Source of the DNA: Halocafeteria seosinensis
Lineage: Eukaryota
NCBI GenBank assembly: GCA_001687465.1
Contig: LVLI01000523.1
Span: 1 to 52,746 of the forward strand
Direction of reading: 5' to 3'
DNA: 52,746 nt
Below, piece by piece: positions 24,631-38,753 of the stretch (its first letter is position 1; every line of letters starts with the position of its first letter). A model generated the notes under the pieces. It saw only the letters and a list, made by a program, of their open reading frames with translations. It did no database searches and was not told the origin of the DNA. The position numbers and the translations under genes were made by a program.

Positions 24631-27600
24631 ATGTCCTCAGGTTCAGGGCAAGAAACCCAGGAACTCTGGTCAACCATAAAGACCTCAAGTTCGAGTACCC
24701 GAAACTCCTCTGTCTTGTCTCCCACCCTCCGTAAGCGAGTGGATAAACTACTGAAACGATCGAGCCCTGGGAGCTCTGCCACTGCTCATTCAAGAAGCTA
24801 TCATGAGGAGCTGCATTCTTCACGCTGGAGCGACTCTGGAAGCAACCTCCAACGTTCCCCTGAGGCCACCCACAGTTCGACTGCGTACCCTGCGGCACCT
24901 TCCGAGCAACTCAACCTGTACAGTTTTGCCGATTCTGTCGCTAGTAGGAGTAAAATCTCTAGTCGAAGAGTGCCACCGAGTACTAGTGGTCGTGACGAAC
25001 GAAGGCATTCTCAGTTATCGGACAATCGGGTACGTTGTGTAGCGCATGGGAGGGTAACACTTATTGATAGATGAGAGTTGTCTGTGCAGAGATATGTAGA
25101 TGCTTCGGGTGAAGACGGAAAAGATCACATAGACCCTGATATATTCTACGGCGTTGCAGATTCCACAATGCGCACAGAGGAAATGCATGGTAACTCTTCC
25201 GGGGGACAGCATTCGATGTCGCAGCGCGCTGAAGGGGTCAACAACTTGGGAAACGTGAGTTTTATAAAAAGAGGACGCTTTCAATAGGTGCCTTTCATTG
25301 TGTTATGGTGTTGCTCACAGTGGGAAAGGCGGCTGGTGCATCGGCTTGAGGCGGAGGTACACGAGGAACCGAGCAATGAGCTGCATGCTTCGGAAAATAG
25401 GCAGTCCGAGACGGTTGTCGAAGCTGCCGTTGACAGTTTTAGTATCAAAGATTTTACGGGCAAAAAACTGCACGTGCGACCGCTGTCTGGCGCGAAACCC
25501 AATAGAACAGAAACGAGGACTACGAAGCGACCAGAGAGTACAACTCCTTCACGATGGGGAAGCCCCCGAGTAGTGCCCACTAAGCCTTTGGCATCAGGAG
25601 CTTCTTCGTCGAAAGAGAATTCTGCAAAAGCTACGCGTTCTAGTGGTGAATCAGTTCCTCCCTCCACTACCTCCGTTATTCCCTCTGAAGCTAACGAGTT
25701 GAAGTCGCGGGCTACTTCTTCACTTCCCTCTATGTCGCCGTCAACGTCGAGTGCGTCCTTTCCAACCTCTAGATCTGTCAAAGTCCATTTCATGAACAAC
25801 AATATGCGCTATGAACACGAATCCATGAAGCTGCGGAGGAATTCCATTCAAAGCATAAGCTCCAATACTACTAGTCTTCCGAGAAAAAGGAGTAAGAACA
25901 AGAGCGGTGATACATCTGTCTCGTGCTTCCGACCTGTGCTGGGAAACAGGAGTCAAACTCATCAGGATAGTTACTGTGTGAGTGACAAGCTGACTGGTGA
26001 ACGTATAGAAACGTCGCCAACCTCTCATGGCACTCGCACGCCTTCAAACGGGAAATCGCGATCGCTCAGTCCTCGTAAGGATTATCACCGCCCTCCTCAT
26101 GGTACATCATCTGATGAAAACTTGTCCTCTTCTGCCGCACTGACGAAGAAACAGCATTCTAAGGAAAAACAGCAGGTACTGGTTAGAGCATTCTCCGGAG
26201 GAAGGAGTCCCACAACCCAAAGCCCCGTTGAGAGCACTTTCCCGACCTCCCACGAAACGGAGAGCGGACGTGTCGAAGGAAGCTCGGATAGTTTTGTTAG
26301 AGTTCGTCCAAACAGTGATGTCTCTCCCTCTTCTGTTCCTGGTAGGCACGATCCGTCAGGACATAGGGACTCTAATGCAAACTGCGACGAGTGGGGTGTT
26401 TCTTCAAGTCCGTCCACGAACATAGACTCGGTCTCCTCTTCACACCAAACGATAGGGAATCGTGCACCAGCTGTCACTTGGGTATCTGGCACCGGAGGTG
26501 GTGAACACCAGTATGCAGTGAGTGAAGGCTCAGATAAATCACTATTTCCTGGAAACAACGGAAGCAATTCGAGAGCAATGAAGTCTCCCTGGGCATTAGC
26601 AGCTCCGTCCGCATTGTCCGGTGTTACGCAGCCGTCAGCCGAGTCCCAGAATACTCCTTCCTCTGCTATGTCTCCTGCATTCTCCATGCACCAACAGCTG
26701 AAACGAAATGGCAAACTGTCAAGATTAAAGAACGCTGACTGGGGACGGAGGATATTTCGCATACGCTCCTTACTCAAGGACTCCCGCCAAGTGCTCCATG
26801 GCATAACCGAACTCGCCCAATCAGAATCCGTCTGGTTAGCCGATGGGTTTAAGATGCTATTTCGGACAATTGGAAGTAAGCAGTGGAGACAGTGGCACCA
26901 CCCTCGCCCTCGTTTGTATTTCCGTTCGGCAGAGTCGCTTGCCACTCTATATCCGGACGAAGGCCGAACACTGCCTGTTGGGTTTTGTACACGTTTATGT
27001 TGTCACGAAATCCCACCTGAAGACGCTGCAGCGCTGTCTCCAGCTTCTCAGAATACGTGTACGCACATTTCGTCGAGCGAATTACAAGACTATATCGATG
27101 GAGCGCACAAGGAACTGTTATCACTACGTAAAGAGAATGAAGAGCGGAAGCAGCAGATGAGCCGCCTTCTGGATGAACTGTCCGCTATTAGGGAAGTATT
27201 AGCACTGTCTCAAGAAAGAGAACAAGTATCTGGTGGGAACAACACTGTCATACAAGCACTGCACTCCCAAATGGAATCGCTAGAGAAGCAATTAAGGGAA
27301 ACTGAACATCAATATAGGGAAAGTCTGGAATGCCAGAAAGAAGCGGACGCCCGACTGGAGCAGTTGAAGAACGCAAGAGGTGCAGATACTCAGCATGTCT
27401 CTCATCAGAATACGATGTCGCGTGTATTGAGTAACTCGATAACCATTGCTGCGGAACACCCGTCAAATCAACATTGGGAGATGGAGAGGCTAAAAGGACA
27501 AGTATCGTCGCTGACAGCCATGGCAGAGTCTTCTCAAGGCAACTATCAAACCACACTCGCACGACAAAAAGAGGCAGAGGCGAAAATTGAATCTCTTCAA

Positions 27601-28848
27601 GAACAACTGCGATATGGTTCAAAGCGAAGACGATCCGTAGCCGATTTAACTCAAGTCAACGCCTCTGCCCTCCACGTTTCTCCATCCAGGCAAACTCAAT
27701 TCAGCGACGAGTTGGATAATTTACGGTGGCAAGTATCAGAGCTGCACCGCATGCCTGGAGGCTATGGACTGCCACTAACTCGGCAGACGCAAGGTATGGA
27801 GCGTATTAGGGGGGGTGGTGCAAAGGCGACGGGTGATGCACCGTCTGACATTTCTCGTGTGAACTCCGTGCACATTTCGCCGACAAAGCCCCAGCAGGAT
27901 CATGGTAGCGAGATATTGAGTTTAAAACAACAGGTACGAGAACTGCAGCAACTCCTACAAGAGGGCCACGGAGAATCTAAGTCCAGGGGAGCTCAGGAAT
28001 TGGATGCTCCCCAGCGCATTCAAGCTTTACAGAACCAAATATCCAAAGCGAGAAGCTCTCCCATGAATGCAGATGGTGTTGGTGTTGGCACACGAGCAGA
28101 TTCCGCTGCCCCTTCTAGATCTGGAATGCATTCCTCTGTGCCATACACGAGCTCCCCTCGTGAAAGGATGAGCGAGAGCTCATTTCGAGAGGGACGCGTC
28201 GCTGCCCAGTACAATACATTTCCCGATAGAAGCAGCGCTCGCGAGTATCCCGTCACGTCTTACGGTGCTGGTGGGCGGACAATACCCCCTCCATTGAGCA
28301 CTTCAGTGGCCGACGTACGGAGCGTAACGGCAACTCCATCTACCCCAGCCAAACAAGTTGCCTTAGATACTTCGGGATCTCATCATATGAATGGGGATAC
28401 CGTCCAGCATAGTTCTGATGCGAGTCTGTTAACGAAGGGTTCTTCTCCAGAGCGAGGGCCTACAATACTAGTGTCCAGTCCGTCGCCGATGTCCAAACAA
28501 GAACGACAGCAGCGCATAGCCGATATCTTCTCCCGGGCGGCCGATGTTCGCAAACATACCGGGCGAAATTCGGAACGAGCCACAGTGCTCTTGGAAACGT
28601 ATGCGCAGCAGATGCGCAGTCTAAAAAACAGAGATAACGATTCTAGCCGGTCAAGATCCCAGGCTGACGGCGGTTCGCTTAGCAGGGATACACTAGGATT
28701 TTCCCGTTCACAGCTATCATCTACCCACAGAAGCGATACCTCGGATGAGATTCGTGCCTCAGCCACCTCTCGACAAGCGCAGTCTGGGGTAAGAACGGGT
28801 AAAGGGCAAGAGTGGAAAGCGGCTTTGTTGAGCCCTTCTAGTCAATAA
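24631..28848 (+). CDS. Large Ser-rich coiled-coil hypothetical protein (about 1360 aa)
   Basis: Phase-0 introns 25030-25089 and 25255-25320 join ORFs 24616, 25078 and 25288; central coiled coils. Confidence 0.7.
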
Positions 28849-28957
28849 ATTGTATTGATTATGTAGGGAGTGTACACATTATATGCGTTGTGGTCTCGCC
28901 CCTTGATCTTCATTAATTACTATGACGATGGTTTTTCAGAATATTGTATTTCGAGAA

Positions 28958-29362
28958 CTACTTAGTTATACCGAGTTTTCGTTCGGCGATTACAGCTCTG
29001 TGGATCTAGAAAACAAAGAACAAAAGAATGCTAGTTGATATCCGAAATACCTAAGGGAAAACCTACTTACCGTAACCCTCCTTTAGACTGTTTGTCTGCC
29101 TTCTGCATCGCCTGAGAAATGGGCGAGGTGGCATTATTCGAAGGCGAATAGAGTCTGTATTGTGAACAGGCAAGGAATGAGAACTACAATAACCGTAGCA
29201 CCATATCCAACGAAGCCACGGCGTAGCTTCAACCAGCTTCTGCCTAACAGCAGGCTCCACTCACATATGAGGTTGCATAGCTGCCACTTGATGGATAGCG
29301 TCGATCACTATCCGTGTTCTCTGTTTGCTTAAGTCTTGTGCTGAGTCAGGAGTACTCGACAT
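28958..29362 (-). CDS. 73-aa microprotein with Spo12-like motif (tandem paralog B)
   Basis: Exons 29265-29362, 29071-29154 and 28958-28997 give MSSTPDSAQDLSKQRTRIVIDAIHQVAAMQPHILYSPSNNATSPISQAMQKADKQSKGGLRAVIAERKLGITK. Confidence 0.8.
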
Positions 29363-29859
29363 CCCTCATGTAGCCGGCTTCCTCCTCACAAAGAAGAAAC
29401 CTATTGACGAACAACTTCACTTCACTTCACTTAGGATCAAATTAACTGTAATTGAATTCCGCTCACTCTCTTCGATGAATAAGACTATATCGATCGTGGC
29501 GTAGTTTATTAAAGCTTTCGGTCTCTACAAACACTTGACTTGATTGTCACTCAGGAAGATACCACTACTACTATTTGTCGCCCAGGCTGAGAACCGGAAT
29601 CAAATGACTTCAAGTTCAAATCGACAGTAACTTTAATACATGTATTTCTTCTATAATTCACACCATACAAAACATGCATAAGGTACATTAAGTACTCAGA
29701 CTATATTGTAGACTGAAGAATTATAGTGCCTCAGCCGGATCTCTTCTATGATCTCCTCAGGTTCTCCTGTCCGATTCCACATCGAAGAATAAAGCACTTG
29801 GCTCTAATATCCAACTGTTCCAGCAATCTCTTGATGTCGGTCTGAAAGCACATATGGGG

Positions 29860-30284
29860 CTATAACTTGTATGATTGTTTATCTGCACTGCCAAGTTGCT
29901 TTTCAGCGATCATAGCCCTGCAACGGAAACGAAAACAGTGGTGAACTTGAAGGCCAGTTGGCAGTTGGACGAGGAACCTGTCGGTAGTACGACTCGGTAC
30001 CTACCGTAATCCACCCTTTGATTTTTTCTCTGCTTTTTGCATTGCTTGAGATACGGGAGACATCGCATTATTTGACGGCGAATACAAACTGCATGTGCCA
30101 ACACCAAGAAAATCAAGTGAATGAGGTTCGGACTAAATATGCGTGTCGTGCACGTAACGTGCAGTCAGTTGGAAGCCTTCACTCACACATGAGGCTGTAG
30201 ATGCTCTGCTTGATGGATAGCTTCCATCTGCAGGCTTGGTCGCCTTTTATTGGGGTCCCTCGATTGATGTTGTGTAGTCGACAT
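29860..30284 (-). CDS. 79-aa microprotein with Spo12-like motif (tandem paralog A)
   Basis: Exons 30187-30284, 30005-30088 and 29860-29917 give MSTTQHQSRDPNKRRPSLQMEAIHQAEHLQPHVLYSPSNNAMSPVSQAMQKAEKKSKGGLRAMIAEKQLGSADKQSYKL. Confidence 0.8.
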
Positions 30285-30610
30285 CCTGTCTATAGCTTAG
30301 ATTGTTGAATAAGGCTCGCGGATCAACTTTTATCCCGACTAGATACGGAGCTTCACACACCAATCACACGCTTTGTTCGGTTGTGTATGTTCGAATTTTT
30401 TGGGGTACACGGCACTTTATCTCTCTATCCTATGCTGCGTACTGTTGCCTGATTCACCTATTACAAGCACTTGATTTTCCACTATCTATGGCCTACAGCG
30501 CACTCGCAACAAGCGCCCGAAAAGATTCAGTGCAATGCACTGAATCTCCCGCATAACTTCAATGTGCACAATATACTCTACATGTGCAATGTGTAGTATA
30601 TACGTATAAA

Positions 30611-33600
30611 TCATTTCTTAAGAGAAAGCCAACCGAAGGACTCAGAACCACTGGTGGCGCATGCTCCTGGGGGTGAAGCACGCCCTGCAGATTTCTGTCC
30701 ATGCGAGTGATTCGTTCCGCGACTTGATGTGCGTGTATGTGTACTTGATGACCGACTACCATGCTGCTGTTGTTGTTTCTGCCTTTGGCGCAAACTCAGC
30801 CCGTAACCGGATCCATGCAAAATACCCTCATTAAATCCACGTTCTACTTGCCCTCCTTTTCCAGAATGAAGCAACTTCTCTATGAGCTCAGGTGAAGTGA
30901 ACACTTTTCCACGCTGCCGCAGAGGTAAAGCCCAGTTCCATGTATGATGAACCCCACCCGTCCGAATGTCGATGAAATTCTTAGCATGTGCTTCCGGATC
31001 GAATTTTTCGACCCGATCGTTTCGTTCGGACACGGCACTCTTGCTCACCAATCCGTTTTGTGGGTCACCACTACCTATCTCGAACGGAGGGCGCCGAACT
31101 TGCTTTATACTCCCTCCAAGAGTTCCTCCCGCAACTGCTTTGTCCGAGCTTCCCCCCGAAAATGAGGAATTTATCGACTCTCTGCGAGAGTGCTGGGCAT
31201 TTTCTGCTGACGTATACGCGGGAAATGAACGACATTCAGCCATCGGATTAGGTGCACCGTTCGAAACTCTTCTACCAACAGCGTCAGGAAGATTGGTTAC
31301 GTCAGCATTGGATGCTGGATTTGGTGTCTCCATAAAGGGAAGCTTCGGCTGCTCCTCACTAGAACGGCACGGAGGTATGGACGGAGCTAATTCCTCTCGG
31401 CATCCCAGGAAAACCGGCTGAGGCGCCTTGATATACGCCATTCCAAGACGGCACATAGTTTCTGCAATAAATAGGCGCAGTTTGGAAATGTCTCCCCAGA
31501 CTGCTCCACCATGTTGCAACGTAAACCGATGACCAAACCAAAATGCTATATCCATATACTCATAAGCCGATATATCATAAATGTAGAATTCAATGTAGTC
31601 CTCTTTCCACACATGACGGCGTTCGCGGATCCAGTATATAATGGCTGAGGTGAGCTTATCGAGTTGCAAGCTGGTGGTGCGAGAACCGACCCTGATGGGA
31701 ATTTCAATGATCGCAAAATCAGATCGAACTTCGTTGCGGATTCTAGATTGAGCCAAAGAGTAGTTAGAGTGAGTTTCGGTACTACCATCAAATCTCTTAA
31801 AGGCAGTGTAGTACACAGCGATCTTATGAACGAACATCGGTGAAGAGTCGTTGACACGCACACGATCCCCCACGCAGTATGGCTTAACGGAGAGTGTAAA
31901 GACTAGTCCTTGAACAAACTGATTCTGCAAAAGGGAAACGATCAAAAATATCTTATGAACAGTAACAACTGCTCTCCACTTACAACAGTCGAGCCGAGCG
32001 CAAAGCTTGCAATAACGAAGACCGTGGCTGCTGGCACTAATATCTTCATGAACGATACGTCAAATACAACTAAACCAATAATAAGCATAGCGATTGCAAA
32101 TGCAATATTGAATGAAACCTTTATTGCCTTGGTGACAGATGTGTAGTTCTTCAGTGTCTGCCCCATACTCCGATAGTCTGCATAAACTTTATGAGCAAAC
32201 ATAACGAAATTGCGGCGAGTGATTTGTCTATCAACACGGTATCCCATCCTAGCAAGAAGCTCAACCGAATCATCTGCTGATAAGCCCAGCTCGCGAGTGT
32301 TAGCCAAGTCTTCAACAGAAATAACTCCTTTCTTCTTGCGATCTATGCGAGAGAAAATCGAGGCAGCAACATCCCGTGCAGTCGAAGCATTCGAAACTTC
32401 TATTAACTCCCCTTTCCCGTTGTACAGCTTAAATTTACCACTCTTTGCCTCGTTGCCTAACAGATGAAAGCTGCCCTCTATCTCATCTACCTTGCAAACT
32501 TGCCGTCTAAAGTCCTGAGGAACAGCGGCGTTAGGGAGGTGCAAATGGATATGTTGCGCTCCATCTACATTGACTGGCGCGGCTGTATTCGTGGACTCGG
32601 AGTATTGTAGGTGCTTTCCGGGTGAATTCTCTTCGGCTTTATTTTTATCACCACTTTGACGATACTTCGCCTTAGGGTTCGCCACTTTGCAACGATATAT
32701 CGCAGCAGCCAAAACTGAGACATTCTGCAGCGTAGTCATTCGGTTAAATGTATCTGCTAGGGCTTTTTTAAATTGGTCTTTGGTGACTTTGCTTTCTATT
32801 GCTACGAGAAACAGTTCTTTAAGAACGTTCGCCGCAGTCAGAATACTCAGTAACGACAGCAGGTTGTTTCTAAAAGACCCAAAAGTTGGGAGAAACTCGC
32901 GCCATATCCTCCATAGGGACGACGTAAATAGTATGTCCCTGCAGTATCAACCACGCAAGGCATTGTGTCGAGATGGTAGCTGTCGAGAAGTAAACATGCC
33001 GTCTCCTTACCTTAATGGCCCATCAAAAGCAGAAAAATACATCGCCAACACCCACAACCTCGTCGTAGCTAGGAAACTAACAAAATAATTGACGAGCCAG
33101 TTGATGCATTGCGACGTGAAGAGCGATAGAAGTACAACGCCGGCGAATTGGAGAATTTGCCACAAATACACGTCCTCTCGCGTATCGAGAGGAAGAATCT
33201 TCGAACCAAAGTGTGCCTTAGAACTCACCCCTATCACCAAAAGTACGGAACCAATGACAGATATAGTGACCATAACCTGCACCGAAGTCGATTTAAGACT
33301 ATGCTTCAGCCAGCTGATCCATTCTGTTTTTGCAGTCTCCGATTTCCAAGACAACGAATCCTCTTGATCCTCCTCATACTCCATGTTGGCAGCATCACCC
33401 TTTCCTCCCAGATGATCCCTGGTAGGCGACGGCACAAAATACGTTTTCCCCACCTTTCCATCCGTATCGGAGTTTTTCGAAATGGTGGTGTTATCCGTTT
33501 CGTAGGATTTCCGTCTGGACGAATCATTTGCGGAAGATGCTTCGGATTCATGCAGCGAAGGCAGCGTTTCATCCAGAGCTTCCAGGCGCTCTTTATTAAT

Positions 33601-33897
33601 TGCAGGAGGTGGTGCAAAAGTGCCACGACTGTCAATACTGTCCACGCTCGCGTTTCCGAACGAGACTGCCCTCAATTCCGTTTTCTTGGATGGAAATGTA
33701 TCACTGTTGGTCAGAGACGAGTTGGGAAGATTTATTCTGGGTTGAACACGTGACAGCTGAGGAACTCGGGCTGGCAACGCGGGCTCTTCAGAACCATCAT
33801 CAACCTTGAGTGACGGAAACGTAGCCGAATAAGAAGCTGTTGGTTCATCCTCATCCTTTTCGTCTTCAGCTTCTTCTGTCCTGTCTCGCTCATCCAT
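30611..33897 (-). CDS. MscS-like (MSL) mechanosensitive channel with EF-hand
   Basis: Multiple TM helices, EF-hand-like DRKKKGVISVEDL, KPYCVGDRVRV..MFVHKIAVYYTAF..SNYSLAQSRIRNEVRS. Introns near 32940-33010 and 31925-31982. Confidence 0.9.
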
Positions 33898-34491
33898 AAC
33901 CTCCGTTCCTACAGTGTATGCACGCAATAAAACTGGGTTGAACCAAGCGCCGACACGGAGGCTCTACTCCCTCCTTTCACGATGCTACTGAGTACTACTC
34001 AAGGGTGGTTTAGCACAGACCATCTTCTTCTGTATATGGTATAATGGAGTACCAGTCACTGTGTGCATCGAAAACAGAGCGGCTGCGCCGCGAAGCGACT
34101 AAAACGAGCGGCTCCTTTTGGTTGATGACCACGCCCTCCAACCACTTTATGATTGCAGCATGGAGGCAATACAGACGGTAAATTGGTTTAATTTCGAGTA
34201 CCAACTTTAATAATCCAATCGGTGACAATACAATAGTCTATAGGCAGCCCATGGGATCCCTTGTCGAAGGGAAGCGGCGAAGCACGAGACACTTCACGTG
34301 TTGCAGCTGGAGAGGAAGTTACAACTTGCAACCGAGTCAAGAACAAACCTAAATAAAGAAGATAAATTGGTTTCAAAATGTTGATTGAGGGAGTCATTGT
34401 GAATTCATTTGAACATTAAGAATTGATCGTGCCATTGCTGTCGAGATAGACAGATGGTACAATTGTACAAGGGTAGACAGCTGGTATGTAC

Positions 34492-37400
34492 TCAACAACT
34501 TGCGGTCAATGCTTCATGCAATTGCCCCCGCACTTTCTTCAATGTGATGATGAAACCTTTACCCAAGCAACTTTTCGGTAGAATCCTTGCCAAATTTTGT
34601 GCCTCGGTAGATGCCGAGCTGCGAAGCAGCTCCGCAATAGCCGAGCCGCCATCAGCTTCGACGCCTTCCAAAGACAGCAAATCGTCACAAATATTCAACA
34701 ATCTTTCACCATACTTATCGAAATAAAGACGAAAAAGCTCGGAAAGACAGCCAGGCGGATCTCTGATATACTTGATCGTAGTTTGTAGGGAGAGAAGAAA
34801 AGCAGCTTCGTTGTAACTTCGTGCTGACGCTTCGCCTTCTAGAGTTGTTGTTTGTCGATCGTACCCTGCTTCGCAAAAGTATGGGTATTCCACAAGGATC
34901 AAGCCTTGTACGCTTACAAGCAGCTGTAACAAACTGCTGCTCCCAGGTACCCATATTTGTGTTCCCTTCCCTTGCCATGTACCTAAAAGACTGAGACACA
35001 CTTTTCCATCTTCATACAGGTTGGGATTTAATCGCTCCGATACGCGGCTGTGGTAATGGACAGCTGGAGGTTCGGTGGGATAATAGGATGACAGTGTAAA
35101 GTCAAAAACGAACAACATATGCGTATACGGCGTGCCAGGAGGGCCACACACGACTGCGCGCAGAAAAGCAGTCGCATCCTCAAAAGCAAGGAGCAAGATC
35201 CCGGGAGGAAGGTTATTCCTCAGTTCTTGTAACTCCCGCTGCAGTGACATCGCTGCTCGAGCCGGCAAGTTCGCAGCGATGTTAGCCTGACTGTACGTCA
35301 CGCTCCGGTTACTTTCAGGATCCTTGATGAGAAAATCCGTGGGACACTTCGGAAGCATCACGAGGCTATCGACACCACCATTGTTAGATTCGGTAACCCT
35401 ATCTAAGGCATCTACCCAGCGCTGGAATGATGTCATCCTCGGCAACGTTACCTCTTCTGTACGGATAACAGTGCTTGTATGATTCAAACTTACTCCATGG
35501 TTCGATGAGTTCCTATCCAGGTTGTCGTTGGAAATATTTGGTAACTCTATCGTATGAGCTAACATGCGACATATTCTGTCAACGTATGAAGCCGCGGATG
35601 TCGACGTAGATGCCTCGGTATGTAGTAGCGCCTCTCGGAACCGCGTAAGGGCATCGTCGGAGATGTCTTTCTCAATGCCCAAACGCCGCACTAAATCGAC
35701 AGCAGTATCTATATCTTCCTTTTTTCTTTGCCTTGGAGATTCCGCCCCAAGAGATGCCAAAATTCGCAGCAAACCTAGAAAAGCACTAGCCCACTCCCGT
35801 CGCGCTGTCCTGCTTGTTGAGCTCATGATCTCTGCCAAAGAAGATTCGAAACGATCAGCTATGTCACCTCGAACAGAATGAGTGGATTCATGCGACCCAG
35901 CTTCAGTAACGGAGGTGGTGGTAGCAGTAGATGCGTTCGTTTCGGAGACAAGTGCGGTTCCTGATTGAGAAGTTGAAGCGTCAATAGACACAGTGGACGT
36001 TGCGTGCTCGTCATCAGTGGCCCATGCCTCCGCAAAATTGCCATAGTGTCCATCACTCAAAGCGCAGGAGTGGGGAATTTCCTCCTCCTCCACAGTATCC
36101 GATTCATCTGTTTCTGACTCCTCTTCGCCTTCCTCTTCGTCAGTGAGAGCTACAAGTCCCAGAGGTGACACTGTCATATTTTTGTGACCAGAATAGTGCA
36201 CAACCGTATACCCGGTAACGGGGTCAACAAAAAGAACCTCTCCAATGATTTCGGGTACCCCACTAGAGCTGTCAAGCCGCCGGAGACTGTCGGCTTTAAT
36301 TCGTCTCGTAGAGACGGCCAGCACAAGCTGAGTCAGGAATTTCTTATACAGTGGATGATCCACGAGCTCATAGGCAGATACTTCCTCAACATCACCAGTG
36401 ACCAGGATATTTCGGTAAGATTCACCCAATTTACTTATAGCACTAGATTCTGTGTCCACTTCTGGCACCCGAAACTCGTCAAGTATTCCACAGTACTTGA
36501 GTAGATCCTTCAAGCTACTCTGCACATTAAAGACCTGACTATCGGTTTGTTTCAGGGAATTCAGCCGTTCTGTGGAAACCATCCATCTCATTTCCTCGCA
36601 GATCGAAGCATGCTCCTTCTTGGGCAGTAGCAACTGCAGCCAAGTATCCCCAAGCCAGTGCGTTTCTCTCGAGTCATCATAAAGGTTGTCGCTTTGTAGC
36701 CATCTCACAACCGCGGTTCGCTGTGCCGCGTCCGTTCGTAGTACAACCCCGATCTTTTCATCTACCCGCACTTCACTGGTGAGTTCAGGTTGAGGGCTCA
36801 CATAGTCTCCTGGTGCTACATCATGAGCTGCTACATCAAACGGTTCTCGCAACTGTGTCGTTCGCACGTTGTGACTTACCGTGGCATCATCCCACAGAAT
36901 GTCAACAAACGTTGCCGTTCGACAGACTTGTAGGCAAATACTCGAGCTGTCAAATAAAATCCCTTGGCGGAGGAAAGAGGGGATCATCTTCTCATCCAAG
37001 GCATATAAATGCTCCCCAGGGCTCCAGCTCGTTTTACCACGAACGAAATCAGAGAACAGATTTCCAAACAGCCTTGTTCTGAAAAGATCCAGAGACTGCT
37101 GAAAGTCTTCAGCACTCAGGCACATGTATTTGTACCGATTCGAGGAGTGCATCTCCTCGTAGATCCCAGGTAGACGAGGTACTTGAAGCTCTATGGTCAT
37201 GTGAACCGCTTCGCCTCTAGCAAACGCCTGTTCACTAGCTCTTTTAACATCGTCTACGGTACCACAAGGAAGACAAGAGCCATGGTTTGCTGTAGGCAGC
37301 TCCAAGTGTTCATCGCTTTCCCCTTCCGGCTCAACCAAGGTATGAACTGCCTGGAACACTTGAGCAGAGCTATCAGTTCCCTGAGCACCCTCCTTCAGCA

Positions 37401-38307
37401 TGCTTAAAATCTCCTCGGGAACATTGCTTTGCCATTCAATGAAAAATCCAAACGGAAACATCTGTATAATAACACCTGAAAAATAATTGTCTGTTGGTTC
37501 ACCCCGGATCCATATCGCACTTTTCCAGTAGTTTACAGGCGCGAAAACCCGTTGACCGGGAAAAAATGGGTCATCAAATTCAATACTTTCCTCTATGGGT
37601 CGCACTTGATCTGTTATTGTATGCATACACACACTTCCATTGGAAAACCGTACGACAAACGCCATGGAGAATCTCAAGATTTTCCCTAAGCAATTATCAT
37701 AAGTAAACTCCTGTTCGTCCTGCAAAGGGCCTATAGGAAACGCATGGTGTGCATCAATCCAACCCAAAGCGTCATTCGCATCGCGGTCATTTCCATATAT
37801 GTCGTTACTTGAGGACTTTGCCGGACGGACGTACAACTTCTGTCGGAAATTCTGTACTGTGCCATGCATTTGACGTATCGCAGTTGCTTCGTCATTCCTG
37901 ACAACTACCTCCCCTATTTCAAAATACCGGTCTAGTAATTCCACTGATTGATCCTGGTCATTCACTTTGTACGTTTCTCCGCCAGCAGGAAACTGGGCAA
38001 AAGCTTCTCCTGCAACGCGCAAAGCAAGCAAAAAAATGCCCTACGAGCATGAAGTCTACCACGTAGACCTAGAATCTCACATACCCTCTTCCAAGTCACT
38101 GAGCTCATTACTATCCATGGAATCAGAGTCACTATCATCATCATCTTCAAAAAAGGTACATGATACTTCCCCGATCCCATACTGGGGGTGTCCAATGCTG
38201 TCTCCCGTGAATAGCCTGGCGTTATGGGTACGACTCTCGCTATGAGCATGCCCCTCATGACCTCCTTCATCCTCCACTCTTGTCGGTGCAATTCGTCTCC
38301 TCACCAT
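34492..38307 (-). CDS. UBE2O: UBE2O / UBC23-24 (PHO2)-type E2/E3 hybrid ubiquitin-conjugating enzyme
   Basis: C-terminal GPPGTPY..RLNPNLYEDGKVCLSLLGTWQG..YPYFCEAGYD; N-terminal conserved regions (FFPGQRV, VDILWDD, APGDYV); one intron near 38015-38085. Confidence 0.9.
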
Positions 38308-38753
38308 GATATCTTGCAGCTCTATCAGACACAAATTATCCCCGTGTTATGCGTGAATGCCTCGCAAAGAAGCACCAGGACGTCAAAGTCAAACCACTCT
38401 CCCACCACACTATATTCACTACCACAGCTCAACACGCACACCAGAACGCGATGAAGAAACCAAAGACTACTAATCATCAACACTGTGAGGGTATTCTAAA
38501 TGAGGCTATGGCAGTACCATCCTCGTGTCAGTGTTCGAAACAGAAGGACACTTCAAGCGGGAAACTATCCCCCTCCTTCGCGAATCAGAAGCAGAAGTTA
38601 CGAAACCTGAGTTGATAGTGGACATTGTTCAATTTCTATAGTGAAATAAAATGCTGAATTTCATGACCTCTGCATGTTACGGCCGGACCGCAAGAATGAC
38701 GCTACGATGGTAGGCACACCTACTGCGAAACCAGGATTGCGTTAATCAGAGCA

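Noticed and set aside
26097..26945. 282-aa antisense ORF inside the large Ser-rich gene (and similar shadows such as 13538-14068 and 23064-23654)
   Set aside because: Typical stop-poor antisense frames of low-complexity coding sequence, with no independent motifs.
29414..29432. (ACTTC)n short tandem repeat
   Set aside because: Only 3-4 units; an ordinary microsatellite upstream of the microprotein gene, with no spacer structure (not CRISPR-like).
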